64,000 nucleotides of DNA, from contig CBDCTZ010000016.1 of the NCBI GenBank assembly GCA_965222375.1, positions 672,001 through 736,000 on the forward strand, read 5' to 3'. Origin of the DNA: Polyangiaceae bacterium (lineage in GTDB: Bacteria > Myxococcota_A > Polyangia > Polyangiales > Polyangiaceae). The notes below the pieces were generated by a model. It searched no databases. It saw only the letters and a list, made by a program, of their open reading frames with translations, and was not told the origin of the DNA. Positions 16,952 to 28,397 of the stretch are shown in pieces. How positions within the stretch are numbered: position 1 is the stretch's first letter; the number at the start of each line of letters is the position of its first letter. The position numbers and the translations under genes are program-made.

Positions 16952-16989
16952 GTCCAGCGCGCAGGCCTTGAACCATACTGACCATCCCC

Positions 16990-17243
16990 TTTGCCAACGT
17001 GGACGCGGAGGTCGACAAGGTCACCGAGCCCTCCCAAGAAAGCAATCATCGCTGTCGCAGCCTCCATGCTGACCGCCACCTACCACATGCTCAGGGATGG
17101 CACTTTCTACCAGGACCTCGGCGCCGACTACTTCACTCGCCGCGACCAAGAGCGCACCACCCGTCGCCTGGTGCAAAAACTGACCAACCTCGGCTTCCAG
17201 GTCACCCTCAACCGAGCCGCCTAGAGAGCCCTTCTGTTTCTAG
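16990..17243 (+). mobile_element. IS110-family transposase remnant (internally deleted)
   Basis: KKAIIAVAASMLTATYHMLRDGTFYQDLGADYF...RLVQKLTNLGFQVTL* is a typical IS110 C-terminus; no N-terminal DEDD domain. Confidence 0.8.
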
Positions 17244-17469
17244 TGGCCCGGGTTGGCAAAGCGATGCGACCCCAAGACCAACAGCCTTCACACGACAGGT
17301 TCTGGCGTAACGTTGCGTTTGGTTCCAGCGCACCCCGGGGGTTTGCGCGAGAGCGGTCGCGACCCGCGTGGACGTGTGGTGCGTGCGCTCGAGGTCGGCA
17401 TGGCTTTCGCATCGCAGGTGAGTGCATGGCTGCGCTGTGCCGTAGTGTGCCAAAACCGGGAGTGCGAGG

Positions 17470-19542
17470 ATGTTTCGATCAGGAATGGGCGGCCGTGTGT
17501 CGCGGTGGGGATTTGCGGTTGCGGCGGCGGCCCTGTTTACGACGACCGCGCCGGAACACGCGGACGCGTGTGGGTGTTTGTCGCCCCCGCGTCCTGGTCC
17601 TGCGGACAGCGAGTTCGCGGTGAACCAGCAGTCGGAGCAGATCATCTTCGAAGTGGAGCCGGGATTCGTTACGGCCCATGTGTTGATTCGCTACGCAGGA
17701 GATCCGGCCAAGTTCGCCTGGATCGTGCCGGTGCCGGCGGTGCCGGAGCTCGGGTTGAGTGAAAGCCTGACCTTCGGGCTGCTGGACCAGGCGTCACAGC
17801 CGCGGCTGAATGTTGTCAACAAGTCCCTGTGTCCGGACCCGGAATACCGTTGCACGCAGCATCCGCCGCCGGATTGTCCTGGGTACTTTTCGCCCGGTGG
17901 TGGCGGATTCGGAGGGACCGGAGCCGCGAGTTCGGGAACGGGTGGCGCAACGGGATTCAGCGGAGCTGCTGGCGCAGCAGGCGCGAGCAGCGGCGGCGGT
18001 AGCGGTGTCACGGTGATCAAGAAGGAGCAGATCGGCTCCTATGAGACCGTGGTGTTTTCTGCCACCGACGCTCAGAAGACCGTGGATTGGCTTCAGTCCG
18101 AGGGCTTCATCGTCAATGACACCATGACGCCCTTCATGGCGCCGTACATCGCGGGCAAAATGCTGTTCGTCGCGAGCAAGTTGATTCCGGGAGCTGGGGC
18201 CGAGGAGATCAAGCCCTTGCGGATGAAATACGCGGCGAACAACCCGATGATTCCGCTGCAGCTCACAGCCGTGGCCGCCGAGCCCCATTTGACCGTGACG
18301 GCGTTCATTTTCGGCAAGGACTCCTTCGAGCCCGTCGGGCATCCGGTGGTGAAACTGGATCCGAAGCAGCTGACGGCGTCGGCGGACGGGCGCGTGAACT
18401 ACCCCATGCTGGTGGCGCGGTCGATTGATGACGCGGGGCGTGATGGCTTTGTCGTCGAGTACGACGCTGCTCCGCCGAAGCCGGCATTCTTGAATGAACC
18501 CTGCTGCACCGGTGGCGGGGACAACTGCGCCATTGGCAATGACAACGTGTGTCAGTGTCCGAACGCGGATTTCGACAAGGCGGACTGCGAAAAGACGGAG
18601 GGGCTGACGGAGGCCGCGGCCGAGTACGAGGCCCTCATAGCCAAGCATGGCCGGGTTACGCGCCTGACGACCCGGATTTCCCCAGAGGAGATGGACTTCG
18701 ACCCGGCGTTTCAGCCGGCCGCAAAGGCGAATGCCAGCGGGTTTTTGGTCCTGAACGGGGAGCGCAACCAGCTTGCTGGGTGCGAAGCCGACATCATTGA
18801 CAAGACGTCGTACTACGCCGCGGAGAAGCGGCAGTCTTGCGCCAGCGTGTATTGCGGTAAGGGAGAGTGCGCGACCACGCCGAAGGGTGCCGGATGCGTC
18901 TGCGACCTCGGACATGTTGCCCGTACCTTCACGGACTTGGACGGCAGGGAATCCGTCACCTGCGTGCCCGGAGTCGCGCCCGTGGACTTCGCAAAGGGTG
19001 GCGTCTTGCTGCCCAACGCCTGCGTGTTGGCCCAGTGCGGCACGGGTGCTTGCGTCGATGTTGGAGGCTTTCCGACGTGCAAGTGCGATCCAGGCACGGC
19101 TGCGGTGCAGGATCCAACGAGTCGCACCCCCGTGTGCACGAAGATCGAGGAGACGACCACAACCTCGGGAGCTAGGAACTACTCGGCGGTCTTGGAAGAT
19201 CTGAAGGTCTGCGCGCCACGACCGCCGCAGAGCTGCGGCAGGTGGGGATGGCTGATCGCGAACCAGTACAAGCAGCGGCAGGGCGAGATCTGCGACAGTT
19301 CGAAGCCGAAGTACGACACGTTGCTCACGCCGCCCAAGAAGCCAACCTGTGAGGAATACTACGGGCCGCGGCCGGGCGGTGGCACGGGGGCCACTGGTAC
19401 GAAGCCACCGAGCGATGCCATCGAAGCTGCTGGCGGAGGCTGCGCACTTTCGCAGAGCTCAGGGCGCACCGAGGCCCTCGGCGTGTTGTTGCTGAGCATG
19501 TTCGGCTTCGGCTGGCGGCGACGGCGGCGCCAGCCGCGTTAG
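17470..19542 (+). CDS. DUF2330-like secreted protein with EGF-like Cys domains and MYXO-CTERM
   Basis: ADACGC; FAWIVPVP; IPLQLTAVAA; C-terminal GGGCALS...TM...RRRRRQPR. Confidence 0.88.
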   Translation: MFRSGMGGRVSRWGFAVAAAALFTTTAPEHADACGCLSPPRPGPADSEFAVNQQSEQIIFEVEPGFVTAHVLIRYAGDPAKFAWIVPVPAVPELGLSESLTFGLLDQASQPRLNVVNKSLCPDPEYRCTQHPPPDCPGYFSPGGGGFGGTGAASSGTGGATGFSGAAGAAGASSGGGSGVTVIKKEQIGSYETVVFSATDAQKTVDWLQSEGFIVNDTMTPFMAPYIAGKMLFVASKLIPGAGAEEIKPLRMKYAANNPMIPLQLTAVAAEPHLTVTAFIFGKDSFEPVGHPVVKLDPKQLTASADGRVNYPMLVARSIDDAGRDGFVVEYDAAPPKPAFLNEPCCTGGGDNCAIGNDNVCQCPNADFDKADCEKTEGLTEAAAEYEALIAKHGRVTRLTTRISPEEMDFDPAFQPAAKANASGFLVLNGERNQLAGCEADIIDKTSYYAAEKRQSCASVYCGKGECATTPKGAGCVCDLGHVARTFTDLDGRESVTCVPGVAPVDFAKGGVLLPNACVLAQCGTGACVDVGGFPTCKCDPGTAAVQDPTSRTPVCTKIEETTTTSGARNYSAVLEDLKVCAPRPPQSCGRWGWLIANQYKQRQGEICDSSKPKYDTLLTPPKKPTCEEYYGPRPGGGTGATGTKPPSDAIEAAGGGCALSQSSGRTEALGVLLLSMFGFGWRRRRRQPR

Positions 19543-19711
19543 GGGCAATCCTGGGGGCGTTTGGCCTCGACGCTTGTCGCGCGGAGCCGGGTGGCTATCG
19601 CTGCCAGGGGACGATTCGATCCGCAGCGCCGCTGCCCGACCCGGGTGGCGGCGCCGCCCTTGGAATGCGCGGCGAGGCACGCTAGAGCCTGGAGCTGGAG
19701 GTTGTCTCAAA

Positions 19712-20821
<1,110 letters not shown>

Positions 20822-20863
20822 CCTTCGCGCTGGCGTTATCGATGCCGAGGCAGGAGCTTTGGG

Positions 20864-22984
20864 CTAGGGGTTTTCCTTCAAGCGTTTCAGTTGCGCCTTG
20901 AGTTCCGCGTCCTGGGGCTTCTGCTCCAGGGCCCGAGTGACCTCGCCGATGGCACTCGCGTTCATGCCGCAAAGTTCGTAGAGCTTGGCGAGGGTGATGC
21001 GGTGGGTCACCACACGTGGCGCGAGTCGAACCGCCTCGCGCCCCGGTCCGATCCCACGCTTGGGTTCGCCTGTGTTCGAAAAACACTCCGCGATGCGCCG
21101 CAGGGGCTCGGCGTCGCCTTTGCGAGCTCTGCTGACCCGTTCCCAGGAATCCGCCGCCGATTCCCAATCGCCGTTCTTCTCCTCATAACGGGCGCGGGAC
21201 TCGTAGCTCTCGGCGAGCTGTACCGCGGCCTTTTCGTCAGCGCGGTCGTACAGTTCCCGGAGCTCCTCATCGTTGGGTGCCAAGGTCAATGCGATGCGCA
21301 ACGCATTGACCGCGGAGACCCAGGCTTCTTCTTCCAGGGCGTCTTTGCCGGCCTTGACGAATTTGGCGATCTGAGGGTTTCGGCGAGCCTCGGCGAATCG
21401 TTTCAGCGACTCTGCGACCGCTTTCTGATCAACGGCTGGCGTTTCCTTGCCCGACTCGCTGACGGCGTTCCCGCGCGTCGTCGCTTTTCCGTCTTTGACG
21501 ACCTCATTCCAGCGCGTCGTCACTTTGCCGCCCGCCAAGCGCCGCGCCAGCGCCTGGCTTCGAGCGTCCGCGCTCACCCCCGGTTTGGGCGATGCGCTAA
21601 CATCCGGTTGGGGTGACACGTTCGCTCCGGGTGCTGGGGCCGCGGGCGGCTCGTTGATGATGATCGGAGGTGGTTCGTTGGGCGGTGGCGGTGGGGGAAT
21701 CGACGTCATCACCGCGTCGAGGGCCCGCGTGGCCTGGCGCGCCTCCAGGTAGGCGTCGTATTCCGCGCGAGTGGCCTTGCGGGTCAGGATCTCGCTGGCC
21801 TCGGTCAAGGTCTGAAATATCTTCTCCAGTTTGGACCTGTAATCCCCCAGTTCGCGGCGGAAGTACTTGTCGGGGTGAAAGAATGCGATCAGCTCGAAGT
21901 ACGCCTTCTTGATCACCTTCTTGGGGGCGTCTGAGGCGACGCTCAATAGTTCGTAGTGTGTCGCCGACTCGAGCTGTTCGAAGATCGCGTTGATGCGTAG
22001 ACGTTGCTCGGCGTCCAGGTCGATGTCTGCGCTTTCGGTGCTCTTGGCCGCGGCCGCCCCGCCGGTGTTCATCGACTCGATCAGATCGATGGCCGGTGCT
22101 GCCGCTCGCAGCTTCACATCGGCCGACAGGGGCCTCGCTAGCTTGGTCGAGGCTGCCTTGTTCTTGGGTCTGCTCGGTCCCGGACGCTCGTGGATGTCGC
22201 TGGAGGGACGGTTCGCCTTCTTGGCAGTGAAGACTCTCTCTTCGAAGTGGGAGCCGGCGGTGTTGGTTCCGTCGCGTCGCGGATCGCTGCTTCGCCTGGT
22301 GGCTTCTGCGGTGCGGCCATGGGCGCTCCGAGTTGTGGCGAGCTCCGTTTGCGGCTCCTGGCGGGGGTCGGATGACGTGCGTGTGGGCTCCACGCGGGGA
22401 TCCACATGGTCGGATGTTTCGTGCGTGGGTTCCTCGCTCCGAGGGTCGACGCGGGCGGATGTCCGGCGTCCGGGTTCCTCGCGAAGGTCGACGCGGCCGG
22501 CTTTCCCTCGCTCGGGCCGTTCACGTCGCAGATCGGTTGGCGGGACTGTGTCGTCGCGCCGAGGGTCCCGGGCGACAACGACATCCTGCGTGATCGGGCC
22601 CGTTGACCTGGCGCCTCGAGCGACGGGCCGTTCGCGTCGGGGCTCCCGCGCCGGGCCGGTGCCATTCGTCTTGTCGGCTGCGGGAGGCGGGTCTGACGGT
22701 TCGCGTCGTGGATCCACGCGGGCAGCGGCTCGGGCTCCAGGGCGCACTGACGGCGGAGAGACGCCGCCGTAAGCAACAGCACCGAGCTGCTCGAGCCGTT
22801 CCAAGGTGCGCTGCACTGCCTCCTTGTCCAGGCCCGTCAGCTCGCTGACTTCGCTCGGTCGGGTTCGGCCATCTAGCTGGGACAAGACGAAGGCGTCCTC
22901 GGGGGACAGAGGCAGTTCGGCAATGCGTACCCCCTCTGCACGCCGTGGCACCCAGTCTTCTTTGCTGCCCTCGCCTGCGCGCAC
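20864..22984 (-). CDS. J-domain protein with N-terminal winged-helix-like domain, disordered linker and TPRs
   Basis: THYELLSV...IKKAYFELIAFFHPDKY...RAEYD; C-terminal TPRs. Confidence 0.9.
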   Translation of the reverse strand: MRAGEGSKEDWVPRRAEGVRIAELPLSPEDAFVLSQLDGRTRPSEVSELTGLDKEAVQRTLERLEQLGAVAYGGVSPPSVRPGARAAARVDPRREPSDPPPAADKTNGTGPAREPRRERPVARGARSTGPITQDVVVARDPRRDDTVPPTDLRRERPERGKAGRVDLREEPGRRTSARVDPRSEEPTHETSDHVDPRVEPTRTSSDPRQEPQTELATTRSAHGRTAEATRRSSDPRRDGTNTAGSHFEERVFTAKKANRPSSDIHERPGPSRPKNKAASTKLARPLSADVKLRAAAPAIDLIESMNTGGAAAAKSTESADIDLDAEQRLRINAIFEQLESATHYELLSVASDAPKKVIKKAYFELIAFFHPDKYFRRELGDYRSKLEKIFQTLTEASEILTRKATRAEYDAYLEARQATRALDAVMTSIPPPPPPNEPPPIIINEPPAAPAPGANVSPQPDVSASPKPGVSADARSQALARRLAGGKVTTRWNEVVKDGKATTRGNAVSESGKETPAVDQKAVAESLKRFAEARRNPQIAKFVKAGKDALEEEAWVSAVNALRIALTLAPNDEELRELYDRADEKAAVQLAESYESRARYEEKNGDWESAADSWERVSRARKGDAEPLRRIAECFSNTGEPKRGIGPGREAVRLAPRVVTHRITLAKLYELCGMNASAIGEVTRALEQKPQDAELKAQLKRLKENP

Positions 22985-23047
22985 TACTAATCATGATAGA
23001 CGATTTTTGGTGCGGCCATTTGAGGATCCGGCTTGGCAGACGGATGT

Positions 23048-24292
23048 TCAGAACATCCAGCCCACGGACAGCTCCCCATAGGGCTCCAATTCAGCCAGTT
23101 TGTCCGCCTCGTCGTTCAAATCGTTGCGGAGCTTGGTCGCACTTGCGCCGGGAAATCCGGGATCCGCCGTGACATCTGGACCCGCGAGGTCGTTCAGGTG
23201 GAACAGCAGCCCCAGCATGATGCCCAGGCGTAGACCGGGCCCCGGGCCGTTGGGACGGTAGCCATAGCCGAGGCCAGCGTGCGCGATGAAGGGCGTCGTG
23301 GTGTTGCTGTAGTCAAAGTCGTTTCCGGCTCCGTCATCCGCCGTCGAATCGATGTTGTAGTGGGTGAAGCCGATGCCCACGTCCAAAATGGGCGCATGCA
23401 CGTCAAAGAAGTAGACTCGCGCTCGGATGGGTACGGTCAATGACCAGTAGCTACCGTCGGCGTCGCCCGCTGCGCTCTCAGCGTCGAAGTTCCCCAAACC
23501 GAGGCCCACGCCCAATGATAGCTCGAGCCAGTCGAGGCAGGGCTGTACGGCGCCGTTGAGATTCACCCAAGAGTTCGGCCCCAGCACGCCCAAACGTGGG
23601 CCGAACAACCACTCGCATTCCTTTTTTGCCTCCTTGGCAGGAGGCTCCTCTTTCTCTTCGGGTTCGGCTGTCGGCTCGTCTGGCTCTTCCGGGATGCTCT
23701 CGCCGCCCTCGGTGACTTGGAACACCACGCGACGGTTCTTGGCCCAGGGGCCCTCGCAAGGGGTCGTATCTTCGGGCTCCCGGTCGTTGCACTCGGCGGG
23801 TTCCGGGACCTGCGGTTCGTCTTCACCCTTGCCCACGGATGTCACTCGGTCTTCGGCAATGCCGTTGTCGAGGAGCCACTGGCGAACACTAGCGGCGCGC
23901 CGGTCGGACAGTCTGCGGTTGTATTCATCCGAGCCGCGGGAGTCGGTATGGCCCTCGACGGAGATCTTCACGCCCGGGTTCTTGTTGAGGAATCTCTCGA
24001 ATTCCCCAAGTGTGCGAGTCGTTTCCGCGTCACTCCGGATCTCAGCGCGGTTGTATTCGAAGTTGATGACGCCTTCGTAGTCCAGCTTGCCCTCTTCGTA
24101 GCGAATCGCCGGGCCTTGGCGGGCACTGTCACCGCTTTCTTCACCAGAATCCGTTTCCAGGCTGGCGTCGCCCTCTAGCTTGGATTCGCCGCCAGTCTCG
24201 GCCTTGCCGGAAGCGCTGGCAGAAAAGGAACAGCCTCCGGTGCAGGCACCGAGGACAATCAACGCGAAGGCAGCCCAACTCGTCTTTTTCAT
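23048..24292 (-). CDS. OmpA-family lipoprotein with C-terminal beta-barrel-like domain
   Basis: LGAC lipobox; INFEYN..VEGHTDSRGSDEYNRRLSDRRA..NRRVVF; ends VGWMF. Confidence 0.9.
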   Translation of the reverse strand: MKKTSWAAFALIVLGACTGGCSFSASASGKAETGGESKLEGDASLETDSGEESGDSARQGPAIRYEEGKLDYEGVINFEYNRAEIRSDAETTRTLGEFERFLNKNPGVKISVEGHTDSRGSDEYNRRLSDRRAASVRQWLLDNGIAEDRVTSVGKGEDEPQVPEPAECNDREPEDTTPCEGPWAKNRRVVFQVTEGGESIPEEPDEPTAEPEEKEEPPAKEAKKECEWLFGPRLGVLGPNSWVNLNGAVQPCLDWLELSLGVGLGLGNFDAESAAGDADGSYWSLTVPIRARVYFFDVHAPILDVGIGFTHYNIDSTADDGAGNDFDYSNTTTPFIAHAGLGYGYRPNGPGPGLRLGIMLGLLFHLNDLAGPDVTADPGFPGASATKLRNDLNDEADKLAELEPYGELSVGWMF

Positions 24293-24540
24293 GGCGCGAC
24301 ATCATACGCACAATTTGGAGGCCACATCCCTGGAAGACGCAGCTCAAATTGTCGCTAAAAGGACTGGAAGATGGGAGTTTTATTGAAGAAAAGTGCCTCG
24401 GAGCCCGCCGGCTTCGGTGGGGGGGATACCGGTCCAAGCGCGCCGTACAGCGCGCGGAGACATCACCGACGACTCCGAGACATCAAGCAGACACGGCTGC
24501 AGCCCGAAAGGTAACAAACTTCTTTCGGAGCGCCCCGGGG

Positions 24541-25242
24541 TCAGATTTGGCCCCGCCAGCCGCCCCGGAGCTCCTGGCTGAACGGATCAGCGCGGTCGTT
24601 TTCCCAGAAAGCCACGCCGACGCCGGCGGTGAGTTGCTCGAAGCCGCCAACTATCTGTCGATAGGCGTAGATGTCCAGCATGAGCGAATGACCAATGGGG
24701 ACGAGGGCACCGAAGCGTGGACCTATGCCGACGCTGAAGGCCGTGAGTGCGTTGGTCCCCACGTGTCCGTGAGATGCCGTCTGGGTTTCGACCTGCGCTT
24801 GCAACACGTGGAAGGACAGTCGGGCATCGATGTAGGGATAGACCGGGCCCTGCTTGATTTCGTGACCCACGAAGACCTCCGAAGATGTTCCCCACAATTG
24901 GGTGAGTTTTGCGGAGACGCCCCAGGGCAGACTGTCGAGGCGGAGACCCGTGTTGCTGAAGCCATACACGGCTGACCCCACGCCAAAGCGCCAGTCGTCC
25001 GTTAGCAGTTCTCCCCGTACCCCAATGCCCTCGAAGGTCCCCTGACCGTGCAGCCTCGGGCGGCGATCTGTCAGGAGCTTCGGGGCGCTCAAAGCCGCCG
25101 GCGTCGTCAGCTCAACGCCGTCCAGGTCCCCTTGGCCTAGGACATAGTGCAATTGGCCGCCGAAGGTGTCTGCCGTCGCAGGTTGGGCGCAGGCCAGCAC
25201 GGCAATGCCGACGGGCAGGGGGAGTGCTTTGGCCATGTACAT
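24541..25242 (-). CDS. Putative outer-membrane beta-barrel protein
   Basis: Signal peptide; alternating hydrophobic strands (PYIDARLSFH, LDIYAY, AGVGVAFW). Confidence 0.7.
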   Translation of the reverse strand: MYMAKALPLPVGIAVLACAQPATADTFGGQLHYVLGQGDLDGVELTTPAALSAPKLLTDRRPRLHGQGTFEGIGVRGELLTDDWRFGVGSAVYGFSNTGLRLDSLPWGVSAKLTQLWGTSSEVFVGHEIKQGPVYPYIDARLSFHVLQAQVETQTASHGHVGTNALTAFSVGIGPRFGALVPIGHSLMLDIYAYRQIVGGFEQLTAGVGVAFWENDRADPFSQELRGGWRGQI

Positions 25243-25352
25243 GCTCTGCTACGCCCGCGGTCGGGCCGTTGATCCCCTGACACGTTGGCCAGCCGAGTCC
25301 TTTGCCCCGCTGGATGCTGAATCGGCGTGGAAAATCGTGCTAGGAGCGGAGC

Positions 25353-26153
25353 ATGCGCTTGGCTGCCCTTCTGCTGGCGGTGTGCCTACTGGGCTCAGCG
25401 AGTTCGTCCGGTGCTGCCCCGGCCGTTCCGAGCGGCGGTGGTGGTACACCGGTTGAGGCCAAAGCGGGCAAGCCCTGGTGCACGCCAAACGTCGAGGCTT
25501 TGAGCGACGGCATGTGCCACTTCGTTCCCGATGCGGCTCAACCTCCGGATACTCTGGTCATCTTCCTTCACGGGGTGGTCAAAGTCGGAACTACCTGGCA
25601 GTACGCCCAAGAGCTGGCCATGAAGCGTCTGGCCAAGGCGAATCGCTTCGAGGTGCTCATGCCTCGAGGTCGCAAAGGCGCTGGAAGCAAACGCTTTCAC
25701 GATCACTACACCTGGCCGACGTTCTCGAGAGCCCAGAAGAAGCTTGAAGCCGAAGTGATTCAAGAGTGGATGGACGCCAAGGCCCTGCTGGAGGCACGCA
25801 ACGGTCGCCCCTTCGCCAACGTCTACGTCTTTGGTTTCTCAGCGGGTGCCTATTACGCCGCTTCGCTGTTGCTCCGAGGGCGCTTGCGGGTGCAGGGATA
25901 CGGCATCTTCGCGGGCGGTGGCGCACCCAAGCATGTGGCCCGCTGGGGCCGAGGCACTCACCCGAAAGTCCCTGTTTACGTTGGTTGGGGAAAAAAGGAC
26001 CGCGCCAGAAAGGACCCCATTCGTCTGGCCGCGGCGCTGCGCAAGATGAAGTGGAAGTACCGGGCCATTGGCCGACGGCGGGTCGGGCACAGCATGACTG
26101 ACGCCCAAGTGCGCGAAGCCGTCGAGTTTCTGCGCAAAGCTCGCCTACGCTGA
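25353..26153 (+). CDS. Secreted alpha/beta hydrolase (esterase-like)
   Basis: IFLHG; GFSAG nucleophile elbow; GKKD; GHSM. Confidence 0.85.
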   Translation: MRLAALLLAVCLLGSASSSGAAPAVPSGGGGTPVEAKAGKPWCTPNVEALSDGMCHFVPDAAQPPDTLVIFLHGVVKVGTTWQYAQELAMKRLAKANRFEVLMPRGRKGAGSKRFHDHYTWPTFSRAQKKLEAEVIQEWMDAKALLEARNGRPFANVYVFGFSAGAYYAASLLLRGRLRVQGYGIFAGGGAPKHVARWGRGTHPKVPVYVGWGKKDRARKDPIRLAAALRKMKWKYRAIGRRRVGHSMTDAQVREAVEFLRKARLR

Positions 26154-26250
26154 CTCTCACCGAAGCGCGACCCCAGCTGCATCGCGCAAGCCCTCAATGG
26201 GGCGCGGGCGAAGGCGTCGCCCATGGTGTCGGCGACCGCCTTGCCACAGC

Positions 26251-27222
26251 TCAGGGTGCGCCCTTTTTTGGCGTCTTGGCTTCAGGGAAGATCAACACGT
26301 AGCTCTTCGGGGCAACGCGAAAAAGCACGGTCTTCTTGCCGAGCTTGCTGCGATCGTAGTGGGCGTACCAGGGCAGTGCGCGCCAGGTGTCCGTGTCTTT
26401 GATGAACTCCGGCACAATCAAGTCGAGTTCGACGTAGCGGCCTCCGGTCTTTTCCGACAGGGCTGGCCCGAAGGTCCAGGATTCACGACCGGGGCGCGGA
26501 GTCATGTCGTTGTGCAGGGCGCCGCCGTAGGCAACCACCATGGCCTTCTTGCCATCCTTGTCGTTCAGCGCCACGAGGTGCTCGACCTTCTCCCTCGCCA
26601 AGCGAGCGATGGTGCCGAGCATCACACCGATGTCTCCGCTACCGGCCTCGGTGATTCGCGTCAGGTCTTCGCAAGTGGGGCGCAGGATATCTGGGACAAT
26701 GCCATGTTTGCGCGCCGTCTGCCCCAAGACCAGGTATTGGTTCTGATTGTTCTTCGCTTGAGGCTTCGTGACAGGCGCTTGCCGTTTGGCGACCTTGCGC
26801 TTCTTGTCTTCACAGCCTGCATTGGGGAGCATCAACTCTACGATCAGATCGCTGGTCCTGCCCTTGAGAACAGGCAGGAAGTCTTCAGTGAACCGCTTCG
26901 TGGTCGAGGGCACATGCTCCATGCCCTTCAGGGCGTGGGACTCGCCGACTCCGAGCACGATCGGATCTTCGTCGAGCACTTCTGCCAGAGCCGCAATCGG
27001 AGACGGATATGTCCGACAGTCCAAGGCGCCGCATCGGTTGTCGGGTTTGTCCTCCGCCTTGGCAGTCGCAGTCGGCGCTGCAGGTGCTGTCGTCGCCGCC
27101 GGGGGGGCCTTGGCCTCGGGTGCTTGGGGTGAACACCCGAGCGGGGTGATGAGCCACAAACCCAGGCACAGGCGTCGCGTCAGGTCGTTTCGGCAGGGCA
27201 TGGATGAGCGCGAGGTTACCAC
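26251..27222 (-). CDS. Lipoprotein, possibly EreA/ChaN-like fold
   Basis: PLGC lipobox; LGVGESH, LIVEL, YGGALHN. Confidence 0.7.
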   Translation of the reverse strand: MVTSRSSMPCRNDLTRRLCLGLWLITPLGCSPQAPEAKAPPAATTAPAAPTATAKAEDKPDNRCGALDCRTYPSPIAALAEVLDEDPIVLGVGESHALKGMEHVPSTTKRFTEDFLPVLKGRTSDLIVELMLPNAGCEDKKRKVAKRQAPVTKPQAKNNQNQYLVLGQTARKHGIVPDILRPTCEDLTRITEAGSGDIGVMLGTIARLAREKVEHLVALNDKDGKKAMVVAYGGALHNDMTPRPGRESWTFGPALSEKTGGRYVELDLIVPEFIKDTDTWRALPWYAHYDRSKLGKKTVLFRVAPKSYVLIFPEAKTPKKGAP

Positions 27223-27324
27223 CCAGGGATCGACAACCCAACGCCCCGAAAGTTTTGATTTCCGCTAACCACTCGCCACAAAACTGGAACGCCAGGCGAT
27301 GCGTGCTAACGCTGGGGCCGGCTA

Positions 27325-28293
27325 ATGCGCGGGCGTTTCGGGAAATACGCCACTCGATTGCGAGGCGGGGCGACGATCTTGGGCGCTGGTCTGCTCCTGC
27401 TGGCGCTGGCGCCACCCAGCGCAGAGGCGGCTCGGCGAGGCTGCCGAGCGGGCATGGTGAGCGTCCGCGGCAAGTTCTGCATCGACGCCTACGAGGCGAC
27501 GGTGGATGTGGTGAACTCGCGCGGAGTTACCCGGCGCAGGCACTCGCCCTACCATACCCCTAAACCTGGCGAGCGGTTACGGGCCCGAAGCCGGCGGGGT
27601 GTGACACCGCAAGCCCATATCAGTCAAGAAGAGGCCGCGCGGGCGTGCGAGGCCGCGGGAAAGCGGCTCTGCACGGACGCCGAGTGGGTGGAAGCCTGCA
27701 AGGGTCGGCAACCAACGACTTACCCCTATGGAGACGAGCACATACCCGGTCGCTGTAACGACAAGGGGGTGTCGCCCCTTCGAGTGATTCACGGAAAGAG
27801 GGAAGGTGCGGCGGTGTTCGGAATCGCGGCCATGAACGACCCCCGCCTCAACCGAGTCAAGGGCTCGCTAGCGCGTACCGGCAAGTTCAGACGCTGCCGG
27901 AATAGCTTTGGCGCCTACGACATGGTGGGCAACCTGCACGAGTGGACGGCGAATCCGTCTGGCGTGTTTCGTGGCGGGTACTACTTGGACAACGAGAACC
28001 ACGGCCCCGGCTGCATGTACAAGACCACTGGCCACAACACGAAATACCGCGACTACTCGATCGGATTCCGCTGCTGCAAGGGCGGCGCGGGGGATGCCGT
28101 GGTCAAGAAGCAGCGAGCCAACGCCAAGAAGAAGAAGCGTCGCCGCGGCCCGAAGTCCCACATGGTTTCCAAAGGCGACAGCCTGTGGGGAATCGCCAAG
28201 AAACATGACGTGTCCGTGGCAGAGCTGTGTAAGAAGAACCAGATCTCCCCCAAGGACCCCATCGTCCCCGGGCAAGAGTTGTTGTTGCCCTGA
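27325..28293 (+). CDS. FGE-sulfatase (SUMF1-like) domain protein with C-terminal LysM
   Basis: FCIDAYE, GKRLCTDAEW..AC, YDMVGNLHEW, GFRCC; HMVSKGDSLWGIAKKHDVSVAEL..N..IVPGQELLLP. Confidence 0.92.
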   Translation: MRGRFGKYATRLRGGATILGAGLLLLALAPPSAEAARRGCRAGMVSVRGKFCIDAYEATVDVVNSRGVTRRRHSPYHTPKPGERLRARSRRGVTPQAHISQEEAARACEAAGKRLCTDAEWVEACKGRQPTTYPYGDEHIPGRCNDKGVSPLRVIHGKREGAAVFGIAAMNDPRLNRVKGSLARTGKFRRCRNSFGAYDMVGNLHEWTANPSGVFRGGYYLDNENHGPGCMYKTTGHNTKYRDYSIGFRCCKGGAGDAVVKKQRANAKKKKRRRGPKSHMVSKGDSLWGIAKKHDVSVAELCKKNQISPKDPIVPGQELLLP

Positions 28294-28397
28294 CAGGTGT
28301 CGTGCTTCCCGGCGACCATGACGGGCGTCAAAGCGAGGCCGTGTTGGGCGTGGCGGGTCCGCAAAAACCGGTGTGATACGAGCGCTCCGGCGTCGGG

